A DNA stretch of 64,000 nt, taken from an uncultured Gammaproteobacteria bacterium. GTDB taxonomy: Bacteria > Patescibacteriota > Microgenomatia > Levybacterales > UBA12049. The DNA is taken from contig OZ246394.1 of NCBI GenBank assembly GCA_965230895.1, positions 569,316 to 633,315 of the forward strand. Reading direction: 5' to 3'. Position numbers and translations under genes: made by a program. Below, in pieces: positions 1 through 7,771 of the stretch. Each line of letters opens with the position of its first letter. Position 1 is the stretch's first letter. A model generated the notes under the pieces. The model did no database searches and was not told where the DNA came from. It saw only the letters and a list, made by a program, of their open reading frames with translations.

Positions 1-192
1 GGTGATATTAAAGGTTACGTTAATGGCGAACAGGTGAATAATATTTTGGATGTTCGTATTAAACCATATGATAGTACTGTGATATTTGTTGGAGAGCAGC
101 CTGCTGAATCAGATGGTCTTCTTAGTAAAGCTGTTAAAAAAGACGAAATAGTGAAAGCTGAAAAAATGAGCGAGAACTGTGGTTCAAATTAA
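1..192 (+). CDS. 3' end of an upstream gene of unknown function (partial, runs off the left edge)
   Basis: Open frame 1 from the window edge to TAA at 190-192; the next gene starts 6 nt later. Confidence 0.4.
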   Translation, partial: GDIKGYVNGEQVNNILDVRIKPYDSTVIFVGEQPAESDGLLSKAVKKDEIVKAEKMSENCGSN

Positions 193-197
193 GCAAT

Positions 198-863
198 ATG
201 TCAGGTGAAGCAAAAATATTAATAGGAGTAAGTATCGTAACAATTGTTATGGTTATTGGAGCAGCGTTGTTACTTGGCGGCGTGTCTTCTCGAAATACTA
301 CCACTGAAGAAAAGGTGATTCTTACAAGTGAACAACAAAAAAGTCTTGCAAAGGAAGATAGTCAAAAGATTACCGTACCAAATGCTAAAGTAACAATCGT
401 TGAATTTATTGATTACGAATGTGAAGCTTGTGGTGCTGCTCATCCAATTGTTAAGCAAATTTTAGAAGAATATAAGGGTAAAGTGAATTTTGTCGTTCGA
501 AATTTCCCAAATCATAATAATTCCGTACTTGCAGCTAACATAGTAGAAGCTGCTGGTGAGCAAGGCAAATACTGGGAAATGCATAATAAACTTCTTGAAT
601 CACAACAGGAATGGGGAGAGAAAAAAGAACCACAAACAGAACTTTTTCTTAAATATGCTCAAGAATTGAATCTTGATATTGATAAAGTGAGAGCGTCATT
701 AGAAAGTAATAAATTTACTACTAAAATAAACAAAGACAAGGAAGAAGGCATTGCAATCGGCGTAAATGCTACACCCACATTTTTCATAAATGGCGAGATG
801 CAAGTTGGAGGACTTCCTTATGATGAATTTAAACAAAAAATAGAAGAGAAATTGCGCAATTAA
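198..863 (+). CDS. Membrane-anchored DsbA-family thiol:disulfide oxidoreductase (thioredoxin fold, CxxC)
   Basis: N-terminal hydrophobic anchor, then the motif FIDYECEACG (CxxC) in a thioredoxin/DsbA-like context, e.g. ATPTFFINGE near the C-terminus. Confidence 0.75.
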   Translation: MSGEAKILIGVSIVTIVMVIGAALLLGGVSSRNTTTEEKVILTSEQQKSLAKEDSQKITVPNAKVTIVEFIDYECEACGAAHPIVKQILEEYKGKVNFVVRNFPNHNNSVLAANIVEAAGEQGKYWEMHNKLLESQQEWGEKKEPQTELFLKYAQELNLDIDKVRASLESNKFTTKINKDKEEGIAIGVNATPTFFINGEMQVGGLPYDEFKQKIEEKLRN

Positions 864-905
864 AATCCAATATACAAAACATCTCAAAATCGATACAATA
901 AAATA

Positions 906-1505
906 ATGAATCATACACTGCGTAGAAAGGCACTTTTCTTATCTTACTTTACTGTTGGATATAATATAGTAGAAGGACTAGTCTCCATTGGAATAGGTTT
1001 AATGACTGGAAGTACTGCTTTGATTGGATTTGGCTCTGATAGCTTTATTGAATCTCTATCTGGAAGTGTAATGATTTGGAGATTTAGCAAACATATAGAA
1101 AACAAAGAGCATGAGGAGAAAATTGAAAGAAATGCGCAGAAACTTGTAGCCTTTACATTTTTCATCTTAGGATCGTTTGTTTTATATGAATCAGTCAAAG
1201 ATTTATTTCTTCAAGAGGCACCTGAGCCGAGCCTAATTGGCATTGTAATTGCAGTACTGTCGCTTATTATTATGCCGACATTAACCTATTTTAAATATCA
1301 AACGGGCAAGCAACTGAAATCAAAAAGTTTAGTTGCTGATTCAAAACAGACGTTGGTATGTGTGCTTATGTCTGCAGCACTTCTCATAGGATTAAGTTTA
1401 AATTATTTGTTCGGCATTTGGTGGCTTGATCCTATTGTAGGACTTATTTTTGTAGTTATTCTTTATCATGAAGGCTATGAATCTTACAAAGGTGAGGAGG
1501 ATTGA
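906..1505 (+). CDS. Cation diffusion facilitator (CDF) family transmembrane domain protein; lacks the cytoplasmic C-terminal domain
   Basis: TGSTALIGFGSDSFIESLS matches the CDF TM2 signature (TGSxALxxDAxHxLxD-like); about 6 predicted TM helices; only 199 aa. Confidence 0.6.
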   Translation: MNHTLRRKALFLSYFTVGYNIVEGLVSIGIGLMTGSTALIGFGSDSFIESLSGSVMIWRFSKHIENKEHEEKIERNAQKLVAFTFFILGSFVLYESVKDLFLQEAPEPSLIGIVIAVLSLIIMPTLTYFKYQTGKQLKSKSLVADSKQTLVCVLMSAALLIGLSLNYLFGIWWLDPIVGLIFVVILYHEGYESYKGEED

Positions 1506-1513
1506 CATAGAAG

Positions 1514-2395
1514 ATGAGTGGTCGGCATGAAGCTCCAAGCAATCTAGATAACAAATTAAAGCTAGGTATGTTCTTAAATGCCAGTTTTACCCTGTTTGAA
1601 TTTATTATTGGAGTCCTGTCAGGCAGTTTGGCTTTAATATCTGATGCTGGACATAATTTAACAGATTCACTTAGTCTTATTATCACATTTATTGCACAAA
1701 AGATTGCAAAACGGAGTGCAAACATTGAGCATACCTATGGATATGGCAGATCAACAATATTAGCTGCGCTTCTTAATGGTCTAATCTTATTCTTGTTGGC
1801 GTTTTATATCTTTTATGAAGCATACGAGCGTCTACAGAATCCTCAACCCGTTGCAGGAGGTTTGGTAGTCATTGTTGCTGTCGTTGGTGTGGTTATTAAC
1901 TTTAGTGTAGCTTCTTTATTCAGACATGATCGAGATGATCTTAATATACGAAGTGCTTATACCAATATGCTCTTTGATGCATTAGCTTCTGTTGGTGCTG
2001 TTATTGCTGGTATTCTTATAATTATAACTAAGCAGCCATACTTTGATTCATTGATAAGTATACTTATTGGGATACTACTCCTTAGAAGCAGCTGGGGTGT
2101 TGTACGAGACGCAACACATGTACTGTTAGAAGGAGTTCCAGAAGGAGTCAATGTTTCAAAGGTAAAAGAAACTATACTGAATGCACGACATGTTAAAGGT
2201 GCAGATGATTTACATGTTTGGGCAATCTCCTCAAGACACGCTGCTTTAAGTTGTCATATTGTAATCGAGGATTGTGATGTAGAGAAAAGCAGCCGAATTG
2301 TGAAAGAAATTAAGGAAAAACTTAAGAATAAATTTTCTATAGAGCATGCCACTATTGAAACAGAACTTGTTGCATGCGACCCAAAAAATGAGTAA
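1514..2395 (+). CDS. CDF family divalent cation efflux transporter (CzcD-like), full length with C-terminal domain
   Basis: LSGSLALISDAGHNLTDSLSLII and HTYGYGR motifs; TM domain followed by a cytoplasmic domain. Confidence 0.8.
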   Translation: MSGRHEAPSNLDNKLKLGMFLNASFTLFEFIIGVLSGSLALISDAGHNLTDSLSLIITFIAQKIAKRSANIEHTYGYGRSTILAALLNGLILFLLAFYIFYEAYERLQNPQPVAGGLVVIVAVVGVVINFSVASLFRHDRDDLNIRSAYTNMLFDALASVGAVIAGILIIITKQPYFDSLISILIGILLLRSSWGVVRDATHVLLEGVPEGVNVSKVKETILNARHVKGADDLHVWAISSRHAALSCHIVIEDCDVEKSSRIVKEIKEKLKNKFSIEHATIETELVACDPKNE

Positions 2396-2963
2396 AAAAC
2401 CAAATATAATAAAATTAGTAGCTTCTATTATTCTCTTACTATTTTTTGTTATACCCCCGAACGCGTTTGCTCATGATGGACAGAGTCAATTAATTGGAAA
2501 ATACTGGGTTAGTATCGAACAATACCCCCTATCACCTTTTGTAGATGAGAATGAGCAAATCTCATTCGATTTAGAAACTGTAACCCGTAAACCAGCTGAA
2601 GGGGTAAAAGGTAAGCTAATTATTAAAGAAACAACATCTGATCAGTTTGTTGGTAAAGAATCAGTAGTTGGTAGTAAGATCATTCATGAAGAAGAGGGAG
2701 TTACAGATGCCAGCGGGAGCGTTGGGATTTCCTATACATTTCAGAAAGAGGGAGTTTATGATATTGAATATGTTTGGGGTGACAATGAGGATGCAGAAAG
2801 TGCGGGATTACAAATTTTTGTTAGAGAACCGACTTCTTATTTTCTACCGCAAGAGTTAGAAAAGCGGATATGGCTATTTATAGGAATTGCGATGGCTGGA
2901 ATGGCAGCAGGGACATTTTTTACATTTGTATTACTAACAACTACTTTACATCCAAAACGATAA
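2388..2963 (+). CDS. Exported hypothetical protein with signal peptide and C-terminal TM anchor
   Basis: Internal ATG at 2388 gives MSKKPNIIKLVASIILLLFFVIPPNAFA, a Sec signal. The ORF-track start at 2346 overlaps the CDF gene. C-terminal hydrophobic helix FIGIAMAGMAAGTFFTFVLL. Confidence 0.5.
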   Translation: MSKKPNIIKLVASIILLLFFVIPPNAFAHDGQSQLIGKYWVSIEQYPLSPFVDENEQISFDLETVTRKPAEGVKGKLIIKETTSDQFVGKESVVGSKIIHEEEGVTDASGSVGISYTFQKEGVYDIEYVWGDNEDAESAGLQIFVREPTSYFLPQELEKRIWLFIGIAMAGMAAGTFFTFVLLTTTLHPKR

Positions 2964-3042
2964 GTTAAAAAAATAACTCAGGCTACTGGTCATGATTTCA
3001 TTTGCACTTTGAGGCTAGACTTCTGGAAAGCTTTGCGGTACC

Positions 3043-3231
3043 TTGTACCTGATGAATAAAGAATTACCAGAAGAAAAGATCGAAGAAACAGTCAATATGC
3101 TTGAACTATGTGCGTTAGTATTGAAGTTCTATACATCCACAAGGGAATTGAAGTATATTATTGAATTGAATACAGCAGTAAATAGACTCCACTCCCTATT
3201 CCCACGAAAGGAAAAAAATGAGTCCTGTTGA
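3043..3231 (+). CDS. Small hypothetical protein immediately upstream of, and overlapping, the recombinase; possible accessory or directionality factor
   Basis: 62-aa ORF, 14-nt overlap with the recombinase start; no recognisable motif. Confidence 0.2.
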   Translation: MYLMNKELPEEKIEETVNMLELCALVLKFYTSTRELKYIIELNTAVNRLHSLFPRKEKNESC

Positions 3232-4519
3232 GTATTGCTTGTATGCACGAAAATCAACAGAGGATGACGAGCGTCAAGCCATGTCAATCGACTCTCAGAT
3301 TAAAGAAATGACTGATTTGGCTATCAGAGACAATCTTTTCATTAAAGAAGTACGAACTGAGAAACATTCTGCTAAAGCATCTGGAAACCGCCCTGTCTTT
3401 GCCAAGCTCCTCGAAGACATTCGAAGCGGTGAATTTAGCGGTATTCTGACTTGGGCACCTGATCGACTAAGTCGTAACGCAGGAGATTTGGGTATGCTTG
3501 TCGACATGATGGATCAAGAAAAACTCCATCAGATACGAACATTCTCACAGTCATTCTCAAATAACCCAAATGAGAAGTTTTTGTTGATGATCCTTTGTTC
3601 TCAAGCAAAGCTAGAGAACGATAATCGGGGCATCAATGTAAAAAGAGGCATGCGAGCAAGATGTAGTATGGGTTGGCGACCGACAGTACCTCCTCTAGGA
3701 TATCTAAGTCAACTTGATAAATCAAACCCTCAGCTTATTATTATTGATCCTGAGCGAGCGTTTATTGTCAAACAGATATTTGATAAAGTTGCAAATCAAG
3801 GACAAAGTGGAAGAACAGTTAAACGGTGGCTTGATAGAATTGGCTTTGAGACCAGAACAGGTAAAAAGCTTGCACTTGGCAATATCTATACCATCCTCAA
3901 AAACTCCTTCTATTACGGCAAATTTGAATACCTTGTAAATAGTGGCACATGGTATGAAGGGAAACATGAACCACTGATTACAAAAGAATTATTCGATAAA
4001 GTACAAATCCAACTGCAAGTACCACCAAAAACATGGAGAAAAAACATTTTTCCTTTCAAAAAGATCTTTATTTGCGGAGGATGCAATGGAGGCATCACAG
4101 CTGAAGTAAAGCAAAAGAAATTAAAATTGGGAGGATATACAAAACACGTTTATTATCATTGCGCCAGATCAGTTGATTATGAGTGTGATGAACCCTACCT
4201 AACTGAAGAAGAACTTATCAGACAACTTATCTTTAATATTGATCAGATTAGCTTTAATCTTTCAGGAATGACAAGAAAAATTCAGGAAGATATTGAAAGA
4301 TATCATAGGCTCAAATTAGAAGTTCTAAATATGGAATATTTAACTGGAAATTTACAAGAATTAAGACCAAGGGTAGATAATGAAGAAAGACAAATAATGA
4401 TGAAGAATTATCTTAAACATATTCTAACAATTGGAACTTCAGAAGAAAGACAAGAAATCCTCACATTTATTAAAACCAAGTTCATTCTTCAAGATAGGCA
4501 CATAGTCATATCGAAATAG
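3218..4519 (+). CDS. Large serine recombinase (resolvase/invertase catalytic domain, recombinase domain and zinc ribbon)
   Basis: N-terminal YARKSTEDD with catalytic Ser and the RLSRN motif of serine recombinases. C-terminal CGGCNGG...HC zinc-ribbon-like segment. 433 aa. Confidence 0.85.
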   Translation: MSPVEYCLYARKSTEDDERQAMSIDSQIKEMTDLAIRDNLFIKEVRTEKHSAKASGNRPVFAKLLEDIRSGEFSGILTWAPDRLSRNAGDLGMLVDMMDQEKLHQIRTFSQSFSNNPNEKFLLMILCSQAKLENDNRGINVKRGMRARCSMGWRPTVPPLGYLSQLDKSNPQLIIIDPERAFIVKQIFDKVANQGQSGRTVKRWLDRIGFETRTGKKLALGNIYTILKNSFYYGKFEYLVNSGTWYEGKHEPLITKELFDKVQIQLQVPPKTWRKNIFPFKKIFICGGCNGGITAEVKQKKLKLGGYTKHVYYHCARSVDYECDEPYLTEEELIRQLIFNIDQISFNLSGMTRKIQEDIERYHRLKLEVLNMEYLTGNLQELRPRVDNEERQIMMKNYLKHILTIGTSEERQEILTFIKTKFILQDRHIVISK

Positions 4520-4699
4520 CCTCAGAAACCGCAATTTAATCTAAAGGACTCCGCAATATTTACGAATAATTTACGTTCTACGGGGCTATTACTTACGGGA
4601 TGTAAAATAGAATATGTCAGAATCGAGAGAAATTTTAGCAAGTACCAGCAAGCTAATCAAGGATAGCAGCATAGTCAATACTGAACACTATAGGATTAG

Positions 4700-4771
4700 T
4701 GAGCCCCTGGGGATTCGAACCCCAAACCAATACCTTAAGAGGGTACTGCTCTACCGTTGAGCTAGAGGCCC
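4700..4771 (-). tRNA. tRNA-Lys (anticodon CTT)
   Basis: The reverse complement folds as a cloverleaf: acceptor GGGCCTC/GGGGCTC, D-arm GCTC-AACGGTA-GAGC, anticodon loop CTCTTAA, T-arm TGGGG-TTCGAAT-CCCCA, discriminator A. Confidence 0.85.
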
Positions 4772-4905
4772 AGTTGGAACAGAACTTATTTTACCAAATT
4801 CCGCCTCAAACATCCACTTTTTCTTATTTCCTCTCCAAACTCAGCCTAAACTCACAGTTATCTTGCTTCTCTTCTATAAAACATATACTATAAAATTACG
4901 GATTA

Positions 4906-6123
4906 ATGGAGAAAATTCACATGCATCATAAACGAATTGGAAAGAAACATATACTCATACTCTTTTTCTCTCTTTTTATTCTTATGGGCGGATTAATCCT
5001 GACGCTTAATCAAACACAAATTCGTCAAGATCAAAGAAGTCTCGCAGCTGGAGACTGTACAGTGGACGAAACACAATTACAAACAAAGCCACAAGAGCAA
5101 GCTCTTTTCGATCTCATCAATGCCTATCGAACACAAAATGGATTACCAGTATTGAGTTGGAGTCCAGCATTGAGACGACCAGCAGCTTGGCTTAGTGCAG
5201 ATATGTCTAGGACAAGAAACTTAAGCCACACTGATTCGTTAGGAAGGCTTCCTGAAACAAGACTCCCTGATTGTGGTTTTCCATTGTCAACAAGTTATGG
5301 GGAAAATATTGCGAACGGAGATGCAACAGCACAGTCAATATTGGATGCTTGGAAAACTTCTCCTCCACATAATCAAATAATGTTAAGCGCAAGCTATACA
5401 CAAGGAGCAATTGCCATGGAACTTGATACAACAGGTGTAGCATATTGGACACTCGATGTTGGAGGTACATTTAATACAAATCCTACGACAACAATCAATC
5501 CCACTTCAGGGACAAATCCGACAATAGCGGTGACATCGGCTCTGTCTCCAATGCCTTCAGACATGATTACTCCGACAAAGGGTTCATCAAATGGAAAACT
5601 TCCGACCCCAACACTTGGACCAGAAGGTGTTGATGTCCAATTATCCGTGCGAGTAAAGATCAGTGGTATTGGAAGAGATGGAAATGTCACTCCGAAGAAT
5701 TTGACGAGAAAGGTTTCAGCAGCAATATATGGATTGGGTGAGGCACCTGTTACTACAGGAAATGCATTCTTAACATACGACGGACAAGACTACTTTAGTG
5801 GCATTATACGACTGGGCAAACTTACACAAGGAGTATATTTGGTTAAATTATCGACAGATAATTCTCTTCAGACTTTAGCTCGACCAGAATTCCAGACTAT
5901 TATGATCGATCGAGTCAATGAAATCCCTGCTGTAATGCTCTATCCAGGAGATATGAATAGAGACAATGTACTTAACCTTGCAGATTACAATGAAGTGCTT
6001 CCATGCTTCCAGAATAAGAAATGTGATACTGCAACGGTTATTGATTTCAATGACGATTCAACAACAGATGTTAAAGACTACAACTTATTCCTTCGAAGCT
6101 TTAGTCAGCAACCTGGAAATTAA
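4906..6123 (+). CDS. Secreted or membrane-anchored CAP/SCP (PR-1-like) domain protein with a C-terminal dockerin-like double calcium-binding-loop module
   Basis: N-terminal TM/signal. CAP motifs include GENIANGD and HNQIMLSASYTQGA. The C-terminal segment DMNRDNVLNLAD...IDFNDDSTTDVKDYNLFLRSF fits the DxNxDxxxNxxD dockerin repeat pattern twice. Confidence 0.7.
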   Translation: MEKIHMHHKRIGKKHILILFFSLFILMGGLILTLNQTQIRQDQRSLAAGDCTVDETQLQTKPQEQALFDLINAYRTQNGLPVLSWSPALRRPAAWLSADMSRTRNLSHTDSLGRLPETRLPDCGFPLSTSYGENIANGDATAQSILDAWKTSPPHNQIMLSASYTQGAIAMELDTTGVAYWTLDVGGTFNTNPTTTINPTSGTNPTIAVTSALSPMPSDMITPTKGSSNGKLPTPTLGPEGVDVQLSVRVKISGIGRDGNVTPKNLTRKVSAAIYGLGEAPVTTGNAFLTYDGQDYFSGIIRLGKLTQGVYLVKLSTDNSLQTLARPEFQTIMIDRVNEIPAVMLYPGDMNRDNVLNLADYNEVLPCFQNKKCDTATVIDFNDDSTTDVKDYNLFLRSFSQQPGN

Positions 6124-6136
6124 TACATAAATCAGC

Positions 6137-7771
6137 ATGGTAAAGAAAGAGAGTAAAAAACAGATCATAAAAATAGTAACGCAATATGGTGTCCATATCT
6201 GGGCAATTCTTATCATTGCAAATGCTGCGCTTGCATACGCTTTTCATTTTTCAACCCAAGCAGCTAGTAAGCCTGCGACAACCCTTGAAGAAAGTCTTGG
6301 ACCAAGAACTACCGAAGATGAATTAGATGCAACTCCATCAGCAAAAATCTCGCCTACAAAAGCACCGAAGCCAAAAGGAGGAACTATTGATCTTACTTTC
6401 AGAATTCCAGGTATTGGGAGTGATAGTGCAGTAATGGCACCAAAGCGTTTGGAGAGAAATGTAACTGTATTCCTTTATTCACCGGATAGTAATTCTCTCA
6501 ATAATTCAGTGAAGCCACTCTATACACTGAAGACGACAGCACAATTTGATACCAATACTCTGAGTCCGACATATACAAGTTATCTAGTCAAAGGATTAGA
6601 TTTTGGAACAGATGTGAAAGATGGAAGATATCAAATTGTTTTCCGCACCGATGAATCCCTCCGCACTATTATTAAGGAAAGCCCGACAAATATCGGAGGA
6701 CAATTATTTGAAATCACAAAATCAGCGAAGATCCGTCGAGTACCAACACAGACAGTGTTTATGGGAGATACGCTACCGAAGGAAGGAGATAATGTCGTAG
6801 ATATCAGTGACTATAATGCGTTTGTTAATTGTTTTGGAGAACGCAACTCATCATCATTTTGTATAGGAAATAATTATGGTGATTTCGATGACAATGGTGT
6901 TATTGATGGTGTCGATTATAATTTACTTTTACGTTCATTCCAGGAACTTTTGAAACAAGGCCAATCAATTCCAAAGGTATCTGTAGCTCCAACTTCAGGT
7001 CCACAACGGGTATCAAGATTAACAAGTATTACACCAACTGCAGTTAAAGAGAAAGTCTCACCTACGAAAGCACCTCAACAAACTGTACAAACAAAATCGA
7101 GTGGTAATGTTCTCGGCGGAATCCTCTTCTTTATTTTTCTCTTAATCGTTGGAGCAATACTCTTTATTCTCTTTAAGAAAAATGAAAAATTCCGAAATAC
7201 TATTCTGGCATTGTTACACAAATCTCCTGTCGGACCAACACCACCAGCACAACCAGCAGATCCAAATGCTCCAGTCGATCCAAATACACCTCCAGCAGAT
7301 GGCGCAGCTCAAGCAGATCCGACAACTGTTGCAGGACCCCCTACGGCAGACGCAACAGCAGCAACAGAGGAAACCCAGTCTGATCCAAATGCGGTGGCAG
7401 CCTCTACAGAAATCCCTGTGGAGTCAGTCGCAACGCCAACAGAAACAACACCTCCGCCAGCAGAACCAGCTGCTGATCCTTCAGCTATCGCTGCTTCAAC
7501 TGAAATTCCAGTTGCTGCAACACCTCCTGTAGATCCTGCGCGACCAACCCCTGCGGATGGAGAAACTGTAGAACGAGATTGCTATGTGAAGAAGAAGTTA
7601 CCGGGTGATGCATCTGGTGTATGGCTCACATTAACGGACGACAATGGGGCATTGGAAGCACATTACGCAAAACCTGATGTCGAAGAAGGATTCGCGAAAG
7701 TCAAAGGTGTTATGAAGACGGAAAATGGCAAGACCTATCTTGAAGTTTCAGAAATTATTGGTGAAGGTTAA
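6137..7771 (+). CDS. Membrane protein with dockerin-like module, internal TM helix and Pro/Ala/Thr-rich linker
   Basis: VDISDYNAFVNCFGE...GDFDDNGVIDGVDYNLLLRSF is homologous to the module in the upstream gene. TM at GGILFFIFLLIVGAILFILF. Low-complexity PA-rich stretch 7200-7560. Confidence 0.6.
   Translation: MVKKESKKQIIKIVTQYGVHIWAILIIANAALAYAFHFSTQAASKPATTLEESLGPRTTEDELDATPSAKISPTKAPKPKGGTIDLTFRIPGIGSDSAVMAPKRLERNVTVFLYSPDSNSLNNSVKPLYTLKTTAQFDTNTLSPTYTSYLVKGLDFGTDVKDGRYQIVFRTDESLRTIIKESPTNIGGQLFEITKSAKIRRVPTQTVFMGDTLPKEGDNVVDISDYNAFVNCFGERNSSSFCIGNNYGDFDDNGVIDGVDYNLLLRSFQELLKQGQSIPKVSVAPTSGPQRVSRLTSITPTAVKEKVSPTKAPQQTVQTKSSGNVLGGILFFIFLLIVGAILFILFKKNEKFRNTILALLHKSPVGPTPPAQPADPNAPVDPNTPPADGAAQADPTTVAGPPTADATAATEETQSDPNAVAASTEIPVESVATPTETTPPPAEPAADPSAIAASTEIPVAATPPVDPARPTPADGETVERDCYVKKKLPGDASGVWLTLTDDNGALEAHYAKPDVEEGFAKVKGVMKTENGKTYLEVSEIIGEG

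Noticed and set aside
7149-7532. Gln-rich 127-aa ORF in the track
   Set aside because: It is the alternative frame of the Pro/Ala/Thr-rich low-complexity region of gene 6137..7771 and is a compositional artefact.
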